Below, one piece after another: positions 8,607-18,285 of a stretch of DNA of 64,000 nt. The notes under the pieces were generated by a model that saw only the letters and a program-made list of their open reading frames with translations, was not told where the DNA came from and did not search any database. How positions within the stretch are numbered: the first letter of the stretch is position 1; every line of letters begins with the position of its first letter. The position numbers and the translations under genes were made by a program. Source of the stretch: Caldisericia bacterium (lineage in GTDB: Bacteria; Caldisericota; Caldisericia; JAAYUI01); NCBI GenBank assembly GCA_963674785.1, contig OY771555.1, positions 1,952,001-2,016,000 of the forward strand, given 5' to 3'.

Positions 8607-11402
8607 ATGAATCAAAAAATAACAATAATTCTCTTGATGATTGCCCTATTTTTCAGTTTTTCATTTGCTGATTTTACATCGGCAACTATTGGGCCAGTGC
8701 ATGTTGAATTAAATATTACGAGTGAACGGCTGGGAGCATCTAGGGCTAATACGGCAAATTCATTTAAGATACACATGAGGATAAACAAAAATATTGAAGT
8801 TCACGATCTCGTTCATATCTGGTTACCAACATATGAAGCATCATGGAACCCAGATGATATTTGCGGAGATCCTATGTCGATAAAAGGTTTTGAGGAGAAT
8901 CCAAGATTCGTACCAAATGAGAAGTATTTCGAGGAGTTTGACAACAAGGAGGAGCCAAAATTTGGAAAGCTTTACAGCATTATTGACGATGGAACAGGCG
9001 ATGCTGAGTTTTTTGAGCCTGTTTATTGTGATGAGTTGAGCGAAAGCTGTAGGCTAAGAAAAGACCCCTCTGGGCTTGGATATTGGATAATGGGTTCTGT
9101 TCTTCCAGCAATACCAAGAGACAGCAACCATAGAAAAGACTTCTTATTTGATCTTTGGACTAAACTTGCAATTGGATATAACTGTGGTTGCGGTGGGAGT
9201 TATCCAATCATAAAACAAACAAAAGATGAGTGTAGAATTTCAGTCCATTCGGATGTTGGGGTTGAAGCATGGAGGCAAGGATACAATCCGATTGACTTTA
9301 ATATCAGCAAATCAGCGGGAGTAATCTCTCCTGCCACCCCTGGAAGATACAAACTTCGAGTAGCAACTGAAGCTGAACCAACGCCGGTAGAATCAGATTC
9401 TTTTGTGCTTCCATGCTCACAAATATCAAACATCAAGGTTGATGTAAACCTCAAAGCAAAAGAAAAAGATGAGTATATCAAGATTGATTTTGATGTTGGT
9501 GAGGGTGGAGCATTGGATGCAGGAAACTCACTAATCAGAATTGTTTTTCCGGAATCGGCAATTTTTCCAGCCTGGATTTCCAATAAGAACATTCTTGTAA
9601 ACGGTGAAAGAATCAGTGTTAAAGCACAAATAAGTCGTGATAATCACATGATGACTATTGTTTCGCCGGTCAATGTTGAAAATCTGGGACATGTTCAAAT
9701 CTCAATTTTGAAATCATCAGAGATTAGATTGCAAACCAACAAAGAGATGACCTTCAAAGTTGACACATCATCTGAACCTGAACCCGTCAAACACAAGGAT
9801 GAAAGTGAAGATGATTCTTCTGTAACACCAAAAGCTGGATTGAATTCCGTTTTTGTGAGGATGAACGGCAGAGACAGTGTTGCTGTTGCCCCAGCAAACC
9901 AATTTAACTCATTTAAGATTTTTCTTGATCTCAACAAAAAAATAAAGATTGGTGATTGGATAAAAATCTGGTTCCCTGTTTGTGAAGCAATGGGTGCTGA
10001 TGAGGGCTGCGGAGTTCCAGGTATCATAACTGGAAAAAGGGAAGACACAAGATTTATTCCAAACGATACTTACTATGCAAAATACAAAAATACAGAAGAG
10101 ACCGATTTTGGTAAGCTTTATGAGGTTGTAAATGAGCAAACCGGAGAGGTCAAATTCAGTAATGAAACATGTGAAGATAAACCAAATTGCAGAAGTGGTT
10201 ATAGGGCAAATGATTATGGTTATTATCTTTCTGGAACAATGTTCCCACCACTACCTAGAAACAAAGATGATTATAAAGAGAGATTGGCACATATAATCCA
10301 CACAATTTCAATTGGTTACAGTCCATGCTCAGAATGTTCAGGATACCCGATCATCAAACAGACCTGTTATGAAAGATCGATTCAAATTAATTCACCTGTT
10401 GAAGTTGATCCCTCCATAGACGGATACAACCCAATCGATATAAACACCTCAAAGGCAACAGGGATTCTTTCCCCAATGACTGCTGGAAGATACAGATTAA
10501 AGGTTGCAACAGGTGCTGAACCAACACCAGTTGAATCCGAAGCGTTTTATATGTCATGCTCAAGTATCGAAGAAAACCCAGAAATCCAGATCATCGAAAC
10601 AGAAGACGAAGGAAGAATCTGCTACAATATTACATTTACAACAGGAAATGCCGGCTCTTTAGACAATAATGTTTCAGGTATTTATATTGGGTTCCCAAAA
10701 GGGTTTTCATTTGATAGGAACAAGCTTGAAGATAAGATTTACATAAAAACAGGTGACGCAAACACAAAAGTTAGACAATTCTCAGCTTCTGATAACTATG
10801 GAACACTTTATCTCAGCTCTCCACTCGATATCAATAACAAACAAACTGTTGAGATCAGAGTCCCAAAAGATGCGGTAAACCCAGGCAAAGAAAAATCATT
10901 CCATGTGTTTATCTCTACAAGCTCTGAACCAAAAAAAGTTTACACAAACTTTGTAAATATCGACTCAAAACCAAAGAAACCAAAAGAAGTTTATTCTGAA
11001 CCAACACCAATCTCAAACCTGAAATTCACGTCAAACAAGATAGGAGATGAGACAGGAATCTCATTTACCCTTGATGCAAGAGAAAAAACTGTTTCAAAAG
11101 ATTCTGAGTTTAGGGTTGATTTACCTGATGGTTTTTATATTCCTGAAAAAATTCTCAAGAGTCAATTCATGATAAACGGTCATCCTGTAAGGAAATTCAA
11201 AAGAAATACTGAAACCTCAATAAGCCTCTGGGTGGACACAAGAATTATTAAACACCCTTATCAGCTTCGGTTTATCGACTTTGATCTACAGAAATATGCC
11301 AAGATAAGAAACCCAAAAGAAAGCGGAAAGTATACATTCAAAATCTTCATAGACGGAGCATCTGAAACTGAATCAGAGTCATTTGAGATTGTGGCAGATT
11401 AA
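8607..11402 (+). CDS. Exported protein paralog 4 (~931 aa): two Cys-rich modules plus Ig-like repeats, no stalk domain
   Basis: ATG 8607 after GGGAGA SD; signal peptide; module occurs twice (YNCGCGGSYP and YSPCSECSGYP; both followed by GYNPID...AEPTPVES). Confidence 0.8.
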   Translation: MNQKITIILLMIALFFSFSFADFTSATIGPVHVELNITSERLGASRANTANSFKIHMRINKNIEVHDLVHIWLPTYEASWNPDDICGDPMSIKGFEENPRFVPNEKYFEEFDNKEEPKFGKLYSIIDDGTGDAEFFEPVYCDELSESCRLRKDPSGLGYWIMGSVLPAIPRDSNHRKDFLFDLWTKLAIGYNCGCGGSYPIIKQTKDECRISVHSDVGVEAWRQGYNPIDFNISKSAGVISPATPGRYKLRVATEAEPTPVESDSFVLPCSQISNIKVDVNLKAKEKDEYIKIDFDVGEGGALDAGNSLIRIVFPESAIFPAWISNKNILVNGERISVKAQISRDNHMMTIVSPVNVENLGHVQISILKSSEIRLQTNKEMTFKVDTSSEPEPVKHKDESEDDSSVTPKAGLNSVFVRMNGRDSVAVAPANQFNSFKIFLDLNKKIKIGDWIKIWFPVCEAMGADEGCGVPGIITGKREDTRFIPNDTYYAKYKNTEETDFGKLYEVVNEQTGEVKFSNETCEDKPNCRSGYRANDYGYYLSGTMFPPLPRNKDDYKERLAHIIHTISIGYSPCSECSGYPIIKQTCYERSIQINSPVEVDPSIDGYNPIDINTSKATGILSPMTAGRYRLKVATGAEPTPVESEAFYMSCSSIEENPEIQIIETEDEGRICYNITFTTGNAGSLDNNVSGIYIGFPKGFSFDRNKLEDKIYIKTGDANTKVRQFSASDNYGTLYLSSPLDINNKQTVEIRVPKDAVNPGKEKSFHVFISTSSEPKKVYTNFVNIDSKPKKPKEVYSEPTPISNLKFTSNKIGDETGISFTLDAREKTVSKDSEFRVDLPDGFYIPEKILKSQFMINGHPVRKFKRNTETSISLWVDTRIIKHPYQLRFIDFDLQKYAKIRNPKESGKYTFKIFIDGASETESESFEIVAD

Positions 11403-14400
11403 TTAAGATATTGCTTTCTCAACCACATGATGTTTGAAATCTCTTGTTTAGCATTCAACACTTGCCAAATAAACTCTGCGCCAAAGAGCATCTTCTCAAT
11501 TTCTTCTTTTCTGTCCTTCACGGATTTGACTGCAAGGTGATTGTATAGACCAGCAAGATGAACAAATATATTCGATGTGTATATCAGATTCTCTCTTATT
11601 GACTCATTTCTTAGCTGCGCCAGGTAATGATTGATCAAAGAAGTAAGGTCTTCCAATTTTGTTTGACCCAACTTCAAATTGAGAATACTGATACAAAGAT
11701 CAAATCGGTTTTTGTAAAGAAGTGGAAGCTTAACATCCATCAACTTAATCAAAGCATCTCTTATCTTTAAAAAAACCGAATCCTCAAATTCAATTTTTGG
11801 AATTGTCAAAAAATGATATGAAGTATCGATTATTAATCCGGGTTGCTTTAATTCTAGTGACTCATTAAACGATGACAGAAAATCTGAATAGGCAATTTTT
11901 TCATTCCCTGAATAGAATTCAGATGAGCCCTCAATAAGTTTTGCAACAACTCTCTTTGGTGCATTAAATTCTTGAGATGAATCGTTCATCAATCTAGCAG
12001 CATCAATTTTTGCTTCAATAAGTCTACCCTGCGCCAAATGAATCAAATCTGAAAAGTAATCGATCATCACATTTGATGCAGAGATATTTTTTCTTTCAAA
12101 TCTTTTTGATGTTTGCTTTTTTAAATCCAATAGCTCATCCCATCTACCCAAATAATAATATAACCTACTAACCAGAGCATTTGTTAGAGGACTCTTAAAA
12201 CCTTTATAAAGACCTCTTTCGTTTGTCTCAATAATCAGAGAAAGGGAATCAGAGATTTTTCCTTCAGCATAGCTAAAAACAGACTTAACTCTTGCAATCC
12301 AATTTCTCTCAGAGTTGATACTTCTTTCTGTTGCAAGGTTTTCCAGAGAGATAAGTTCCTTCTTTGCTTCGTCTATCTCCAAAAGATCAATTAAAGAGCT
12401 GATCATAATTTTTGAAATACCTATTGTGTTATATCCACCGGTTTTTAAGCTGTAGTATCTAGCTTCTTTGATTGCATCATGCACGGCAATTACATTAGAT
12501 TCAGCAATACCAATCATAGCTTGGGCATAATAAATCTGGGCACTAAACTCATCAATATTCAAATATCTTACCTTCGTAATCAACCTTTTGATGATTTTTT
12601 TTGCATCTTCCAACTCACCAGATAAAACCCTTAGAATAGTAAGAACAATTCCAGCTGCTGTTGAAGAGGCATTTTTTTCACTCTTATATTTCCCAATAAT
12701 CAGCTTTGCTTCTTTTGATTTGCCAATCTTTTGTAAATGCATTGAGTCAGCGATATCTTGAATCAATTGCCATATCCTAAACTCTGTATGATTTTTCAAA
12801 CAAGCGATTTTATGATCTATCTCGTCTCTTGATAAACTCATTTCGTAAATCTGATACCATAAATAATGTATAAAATATGCAACAGACCTATATTGTTCAC
12901 CAGATTTTAGGAAATGGAGACCAACATCAAAAACAAGTTCCGAATCGACAATTTTTGACTCCAAGATTCGATTTGCATGTTCAAGCTCCATCATCGACTT
13001 GATATTATCAGCAATCCTTGCAATTACCGAGGTTCTCAAAATCTCTATATTAAACGAGTATTCCTCTTCTAAACCCTTTTTATGAGTTGAAATCAATCTT
13101 CTTTTTTTGAGTTCCTCGATGCCCGACAAAATATCAAAATCTGGTATTTTTAAACTTTTCCTAATACTCTCTTTTGACAAAGTGCTTGCAGTAGAACCCA
13201 AAGCCAAAAAACCCAGTATTATCGATGCTTTATCAGAAATCCCCATCAAAGAAACACTTATCGAAGGTAAGTAATCAGGATTTGTGAATATCCCCTCTTT
13301 TTCATCATATTTGATAAAGTCTTCCTCAAAAAAAATGGCTTCTTCCTGTACCATCAATCTGAGGAGTTCAAGTGTAAAAAGAGGGTTTCCTTTGCAATAT
13401 TTGATTATATCAAAATAGAGCTTAGAAGGAATATTTTTTGTTCCAAGACAGGCTTGGATAAACTTAATGTAAGTTGAGCCTTCTAGCACATCCAAATCAA
13501 AATATTCGACCTTCCCTTTTAAATCTAGAACAGCGGAATAGTCATCTGCCAAAATATCAGAAGATACAAGCAAAAAAACATTGTCCAGCTCGAAAACAAG
13601 GCTGAAAAAAGAATTCATTGAAACAGAATCAAACAAATGAAAATCATCAATGACAATGGTCACCTTCTCCTTAAAACTTTTTATAAACTCCCTTACACTA
13701 GCAACAATCTCAGCGATATATGACTCTTTACGTTTGTCATCCACCGAAGATAAAACTTCCCTATAATCAATAAATCTTGTGTAATCAGGATTCAATTGGG
13801 AAAGCTCAAATATTACCTGTATTAACCCAGACCCATCATATGAAACAGAATTAGCAAAACCCCTTGCTCTTATAACCAAGCTTCTATTTAGAAACAATCT
13901 CAGTGATACTTCCTCTAAAAGCCTAGATTTTCCAAATCCAAAAGGCGCCCTAACCATAACAATTTCTGAAGAGGTTGATTCATCCCAAATCTTTTGAATA
14001 TTTCTGATCTCCCAACCTCTTCCAATTAACTCTGGTTCACAAATACTTATACTCTTTTGAAAATCTTTTGAAATACTCTCTGTTTTAATTGATTGTAAAA
14101 TATCAACTACTTCCTCAATCTTGGCAGGTCGTTCATCCATATTCTTACTAAGAAGTTTGACAATCAAGTTGCTCAAAGATTTAGGAACAGGAATAGTACT
14201 TTTTGAAAAATCATACACACTTTCATCGCCTGATCCGAAAGCCATTTTCTTTAGATTGGTAACCTCAAATGGGAATTTCTCCGTTAACACATGGAACATT
14301 GATGCGCCCAAAGAGTATAAATCTGATCGAAAATCTACCCCGTACTTCAGCAACAACTCTGGGGCCATAAAGTTTAACGTCCCAATTATCATCCCTTGGG

Positions 14401-14899
14401 ATGTAATCCTTCCATCCTCAGAAAACTTGGCAAGTCCATAATCAATGATTTTAGCAATCTTACCGTTTTCATCTCTTTTCGGAAGAACCATAATGTTTGA
14501 TGGTTTAATATCTCGATGTATGATTCCTTTCGAATGTAGATAACCAATAATCTCAGCAATATCGAGGAATATATCGACAAAAGGCTCCAATGAAAGATTC
14601 ATCTCGGGTGACAGTGGCTTTCCGGGTATGAACTCCATAACATAAAAAAGGTCACCATTGTCCTGTCCATTATCAAAAACCTTGATCACACCAGGATGAT
14701 TCAAAGTCTGCAAAAGTGCTATTTCAGACAAAAACCTTTTGACTTGTTGTGATTCGATATTACTGCTTCCGCCAGATACAAGCTTGACAACAACCTTTTT
14801 ACCAAATTGTAGATCAATCGCAGTATAAACCGATGCTACTCGAGTTTCACTCAGTGATTCCTCTAATTTATATCTTCCAAAGATTGTCCTGTTAGACAT
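11399..14899 (-). CDS. Hanks-type Ser/Thr protein kinase with AAA/STAND-like ATPase and TPR-like helical C-terminus
   Basis: VVVK, HRDIKPSN, DYG, GTLNFMAPE, SDLYSLG; ELIGR..E, Walker A-like FGFGKSRL, Walker B IVIDD; start placed at MSNRTIFGRYKL (14899) behind a promoter. Confidence 0.9.
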   Translation of the reverse strand: MSNRTIFGRYKLEESLSETRVASVYTAIDLQFGKKVVVKLVSGGSSNIESQQVKRFLSEIALLQTLNHPGVIKVFDNGQDNGDLFYVMEFIPGKPLSPEMNLSLEPFVDIFLDIAEIIGYLHSKGIIHRDIKPSNIMVLPKRDENGKIAKIIDYGLAKFSEDGRITSQGMIIGTLNFMAPELLLKYGVDFRSDLYSLGASMFHVLTEKFPFEVTNLKKMAFGSGDESVYDFSKSTIPVPKSLSNLIVKLLSKNMDERPAKIEEVVDILQSIKTESISKDFQKSISICEPELIGRGWEIRNIQKIWDESTSSEIVMVRAPFGFGKSRLLEEVSLRLFLNRSLVIRARGFANSVSYDGSGLIQVIFELSQLNPDYTRFIDYREVLSSVDDKRKESYIAEIVASVREFIKSFKEKVTIVIDDFHLFDSVSMNSFFSLVFELDNVFLLVSSDILADDYSAVLDLKGKVEYFDLDVLEGSTYIKFIQACLGTKNIPSKLYFDIIKYCKGNPLFTLELLRLMVQEEAIFFEEDFIKYDEKEGIFTNPDYLPSISVSLMGISDKASIILGFLALGSTASTLSKESIRKSLKIPDFDILSGIEELKKRRLISTHKKGLEEEYSFNIEILRTSVIARIADNIKSMMELEHANRILESKIVDSELVFDVGLHFLKSGEQYRSVAYFIHYLWYQIYEMSLSRDEIDHKIACLKNHTEFRIWQLIQDIADSMHLQKIGKSKEAKLIIGKYKSEKNASSTAAGIVLTILRVLSGELEDAKKIIKRLITKVRYLNIDEFSAQIYYAQAMIGIAESNVIAVHDAIKEARYYSLKTGGYNTIGISKIMISSLIDLLEIDEAKKELISLENLATERSINSERNWIARVKSVFSYAEGKISDSLSLIIETNERGLYKGFKSPLTNALVSRLYYYLGRWDELLDLKKQTSKRFERKNISASNVMIDYFSDLIHLAQGRLIEAKIDAARLMNDSSQEFNAPKRVVAKLIEGSSEFYSGNEKIAYSDFLSSFNESLELKQPGLIIDTSYHFLTIPKIEFEDSVFLKIRDALIKLMDVKLPLLYKNRFDLCISILNLKLGQTKLEDLTSLINHYLAQLRNESIRENLIYTSNIFVHLAGLYNHLAVKSVKDRKEEIEKMLFGAEFIWQVLNAKQEISNIMWLRKQYLN

Positions 14900-14906
14900 T
14901 GCATCT

Positions 14907-14934
14907 ATTTTATAACAAGAAATATGTACGTCAA
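14907..14934 (-). promoter_or_regulatory. Kinase promoter TTGACG-N16-TAAAAT, likely leaderless
   Basis: -10 ends 7 nt before ATG 14899; no SD. Confidence 0.7.
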
Positions 14935-14937
14935 ATC

Positions 14938-14965
14938 TTGACATAATATGCAAAATGATTATCAT
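14938..14965 (+). promoter_or_regulatory. rpsF operon promoter TTGACA-N16-TATCAT
   Basis: Perfect -35 and TAnnnT -10; back-to-back with the kinase promoter. Confidence 0.75.
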
Positions 14966-15006
14966 TACTGCACTTGTAAGGAAATTTTTAAAAAGAATTT
15001 TCTTCT

Positions 15007-15079
15007 GGTCGAACAATATGTTCAAGTGATTCGACCCAAAATTGCCCAATTAATGGGTATTTGTCCGAAGGAGGAATTA
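15007..15079 (+). promoter_or_regulatory. Candidate S6:S18 ribosomal protein leader
   Basis: GGTCGAA..TTCGACC stem; GCCCA-ATTAA-TGGGT hairpin; CCG immediately before AAGGAGG SD upstream of rpsF. Confidence 0.5.
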
Positions 15080-15574
15080 GTGAAGAAGTATGAACAAATG
15101 TTCATTCTTGCCACCGATACAGAGGGTGACAAGGAGAACGAACTTGTCGAAAAGCTCAAGAACACAATTCTTGAAGGCGGCGGAGAGATTCTTGAATCCA
15201 CTCGTTGGGGGAAAAGAAGACTCGCTTATGAAATCAGAAAACAGGTTGATGGCATCTATTGGTATCATGTTTTCAATGCACCACCTGAGGTTCCTGCACA
15301 ACTTAGAAGAATCATCAGAATCACAGAAGGTTTCGTAAGAGATATGCTTATCGATCTGACTTATGCCGACAAAGCAGAGGTTAGAAGACAGGACTATCTC
15401 AAAAATTATGAAAAACGTAAGGCTATTGCACTCAGCAAGAGAGCAGAAAAAGAAGCAAATGATCTAGCCGATAAACCTGAAGACGAAATGATGCATGCAA
15501 GTGACACCACCCCTGAAGAAGCGCCAGTAACAGAAGAATCAGTGCCAACAGGGGAAGAAAACGATGCTGAATAA
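15080..15574 (+). CDS. rpsF: 30S ribosomal protein S6 with long C-terminal extension
   Basis: GTG after AAGGAGG; KYEQMFIL, WGKRRLAYEIRK, GIY; synteny with ssb-rpsR. Confidence 0.95.
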   Translation: MKKYEQMFILATDTEGDKENELVEKLKNTILEGGGEILESTRWGKRRLAYEIRKQVDGIYWYHVFNAPPEVPAQLRRIIRITEGFVRDMLIDLTYADKAEVRRQDYLKNYEKRKAIALSKRAEKEANDLADKPEDEMMHASDTTPEEAPVTEESVPTGEENDAE

Positions 15575-15977
15575 AGTATTCCTTATCGGAAACCTAGTTG
15601 CTGATCCTGAAATCAGATACACTCCCTCAGGCACTCCTGTTGGAAAAATAAGACTTGCCTGTACTGAAAAGTACAGAGCCAAGGGATCATCTGAACTCAA
15701 AGAGCAGACACTTTTTGTGACGCTTGATGTTTGGGATAGACAGGCAACAACAGCACAGCAGTATCTTCACAAAGGAAGCAGGATATTTGTTGAAGGAAAA
15801 CTTCAGATTAGAGAATATGAACAAGATGGTGTAAGGAAGTGGTTTACATCCGTCAGAGTCAACACCCTCAGATTCCTTGACAGGAAGGGTGAAGGAAGAC
15901 AATCAGACTCCTCACAGCATGATCAAGGGGCACCTGATATTCCAGATTTTGATGAAGAAGATATTCCCTTCTCATAA
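15564..15977 (+). CDS. ssb: Single-stranded DNA-binding protein
   Basis: LNKVFLIGNLVADPEIRYTPSG; acidic tail DEEDIPF. Confidence 0.97.
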   Translation: MLNKVFLIGNLVADPEIRYTPSGTPVGKIRLACTEKYRAKGSSELKEQTLFVTLDVWDRQATTAQQYLHKGSRIFVEGKLQIREYEQDGVRKWFTSVRVNTLRFLDRKGEGRQSDSSQHDQGAPDIPDFDEEDIPFS

Positions 15978-15999
15978 TTCATGAAAGGAGCAACCATAT

Positions 16000-16260
16000 A
16001 TGTCATTCAAAGATAATGGTGGACCAAGAAGAAAAAAAAGCAGATTTAAAAGACCAAGAAAAAAAATATGCGTATTCTGCGCAGAACACATGGACTATAT
16101 AGACTACAAGGATATCAATAGACTCAAACGTTTCGTCTCAGAAACAGGAAGAATTCATTCCAGAAGACAGACAGGCACATGTGCAAAACATCAGAGACGT
16201 TTAGTAACTGCAATCAAGAGAGCAAGAGAAATCGCATTGCTTCCATTTGTGGTAGAGTAA
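16000..16260 (+). CDS. rpsR: 30S ribosomal protein S18 (Zn-type, CxxC)
   Basis: [34 protein letters not shown]. Confidence 0.97.
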   Translation: MSFKDNGGPRRKKSRFKRPRKKICVFCAEHMDYIDYKDINRLKRFVSETGRIHSRRQTGTCAKHQRRLVTAIKRAREIALLPFVVE

Positions 16261-16272
16261 GGGAGAGTAGAT

Positions 16273-16731
16273 ATGAAGGTAAAAGTTATTCTTCTTAGAG
16301 ACGTTCCAAACCTTGGAAGCAAAGGATCAGTTGTTGATGTAGCAAAGGGATATGCAAGAAATTTCCTCCTCAGAAATGGACTTGCACAGATGGCAACAAA
16401 GTCAGCAATGACAAATCTCTCCTACAATATTGAGCAGTCTGACAGACGCTCAAACAAAGCAAAAATCAAAGCTGAAGAGATTAAAGAGGTTCTTGAGACA
16501 AAAACCCTCACAATGACCGCAAAAGCTGGCCCAACAGGTACTCTTTTTGGTGCAATCACCAGAGATGCTGTTGCAAAAGCAATCAAACGTGAATTCAACA
16601 TGGTTCTTGGAAAAAAATCAATGTCAGTTGACAACCCAATCAAAACCCTCGGAACACATGTTGTTCACATTGATCTTCATCACGAAGTGACTGCTGACCT
16701 CAACGTTGAAGTTGTTCAGCTCACAAAGTAA
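16273..16731 (+). CDS. rplI: 50S ribosomal protein L9
   Basis: KVILLRDVPNLG..G..VDVAKGYARNFL; LFGAIT; PIKTLG. Confidence 0.97.
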   Translation: MKVKVILLRDVPNLGSKGSVVDVAKGYARNFLLRNGLAQMATKSAMTNLSYNIEQSDRRSNKAKIKAEEIKEVLETKTLTMTAKAGPTGTLFGAITRDAVAKAIKREFNMVLGKKSMSVDNPIKTLGTHVVHIDLHHEVTADLNVEVVQLTK

Positions 16732-16750
16732 GATTTACGAGAAATAATTC

Positions 16751-16786
16751 AAAAAAAGACCGACCATTATGGTCGGTCTTTTTTTT
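16751..16786. terminator. Bidirectional intrinsic terminator
   Basis: A7-GACCGACCAT-T-ATGGTCGGTC-T run between convergent rplI and mtnP. Confidence 0.9.
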
Positions 16787-17522
16787 ATTGCTCAGCTATT
16801 ATCTGAACAGTTCTTTTCAAAATATTTGATGTAGTCTCAATTCTTTTATTAAAAATATCAACAACCTCATCGTGACTGAGTTTCTTCTTTGATACCCCCG
16901 CAGCATGGTTTGTGATAACCGCAAGTGCAGCAAAAGGTATTTCAACCTCGGCTGCAAGTGCTGCTTCCTGAGCCCCAGTCATTCCAACAATTGTTGCACC
17001 CATAACAGAAAATGCTTTTATTTCAGCAGGCGTCTCATACCTTGGGCCGTTTGTACACACATATGTGGCAGATGGGTGAAACAACACATTTTCATCAACA
17101 AGCGCTTGTCTTAGGAAATTCCTTAATGTCGGGTCATATGGTTCTGAGACATCAGTATGCCTTACATCACCTGGTTCATCAAAAAACGTAGATTTCCTCC
17201 CCCAGGTAAAATCGATAAATTGATCAACTATTGCAAAATCCCCTGGTTCCATCTTAGGATTTATTCCACCAACGGCATATGTTGCAAGTATTTCAGATAC
17301 TCCAATTTGCTTTAGTGCCATTATGTTTGCCCGGTAGTTGATTGCAGATGGTGGAAGCTTGTGATCTTTTCCGTGTCTGGTGATGAATGCAACCTCGATT
17401 TCATCTTGTAGATAACCAACCTTTATGAGGGCGCTTCCATAATCTGTCTCAATCTCCTGCTCCCTAGCATCCTCAAGCCAAGAAAGATTATAAACACCTG
17501 AACCACCTATAATTCCTACCAC
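16785..17522 (-). CDS. mtnP: Methylthioadenosine/methylthioinosine phosphorylase (MTAP family)
   Basis: GIIGGSG, RHG..H..PP..INYRANI, DQFID.T, GPRYETPAE, VGMT; TNHAAG may indicate 6-oxopurine preference. Confidence 0.88.
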   Translation of the reverse strand: MVGIIGGSGVYNLSWLEDAREQEIETDYGSALIKVGYLQDEIEVAFITRHGKDHKLPPSAINYRANIMALKQIGVSEILATYAVGGINPKMEPGDFAIVDQFIDFTWGRKSTFFDEPGDVRHTDVSEPYDPTLRNFLRQALVDENVLFHPSATYVCTNGPRYETPAEIKAFSVMGATIVGMTGAQEAALAAEVEIPFAALAVITNHAAGVSKKKLSHDEVVDIFNKRIETTSNILKRTVQIIAEQ

Positions 17523-17536
17523 AGTAAGACCTCCTT

Positions 17537-18283
17537 CTAATCAGTAATGATTTCAGTCTTCTTTTTTCTACGATACTTGATATGAGCGATCAATAGGGAT
17601 GATTCAAACAATAAAACAACGGGGATTGAGATTGCAATCATCGAAAGACCATCATTGGGTGCAACAGCAGCAGAGGCAATAAGGATGCCGACCCAAACAC
17701 CTTTTCTGGCCTTCGAAATTGCTTTGGGTGTAACAAGTCCAATTGATGTAATTAACAACACAACGACTGGTAACAAAAAGACTAGTCCCATCCCAAAGAC
17801 AATGAGTGCTGAAAAATCAATGTATGAGGAGATTGAAGTAATTTTTTCAAGTCCTTCACCACCAAAACCAAGGAAAAACTTTCTGGCAATAGGTACAATC
17901 GGGTAAGCTGCGAAAGCACATCCTGTCAAAAAAAGGATGATCATGGCGGGAAGGTAGGCGTAAAGAGCTCTTTTTTCTTTTTTTGTGAGACCTGGAAGAA
18001 TAAACATTGAAATGTTATATATCAAAACAGGGAAGGCGCCAACAAGTCCACCAATAACAGAAACCATCATCTGCGTACTAAATGCTTCAGTTATCCTGAG
18101 GGCATGGAGTTGTATCTCAGGGACACCAAGTGAAGGAACGGGCATTGTGAAGAAATGATAAATATTATCGTACTGTAACCAAGCGACAACACCGCAAACC
18201 AAAATAAAAAATAAAGACCACATAAGACGTTTTCTAAGTTCATCAATATGCTCAGAAATCGCCTTTAAATCATCTGAAGCCAA
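17537..18283 (-). CDS. tatC: Twin-arginine translocase TatC
   Basis: EHIDELRKRL, FILPGLTKKEKR, six hydrophobic segments, P.D..S, LFE.S. Confidence 0.93.
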   Translation of the reverse strand: MASDDLKAISEHIDELRKRLMWSLFFILVCGVVAWLQYDNIYHFFTMPVPSLGVPEIQLHALRITEAFSTQMMVSVIGGLVGAFPVLIYNISMFILPGLTKKEKRALYAYLPAMIILFLTGCAFAAYPIVPIARKFFLGFGGEGLEKITSISSYIDFSALIVFGMGLVFLLPVVVLLITSIGLVTPKAISKARKGVWVGILIASAAVAPNDGLSMIAISIPVVLLFESSLLIAHIKYRRKKKTEIITD

Positions 18284-18285
18284 CC

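Noticed and set aside
14899-15079. Long N-terminal extensions of the kinase (from 15049) and S6 (from 14948) in the ORF track
   Set aside because: They overlap each other and the divergent promoters; homology begins at 14899 and 15080
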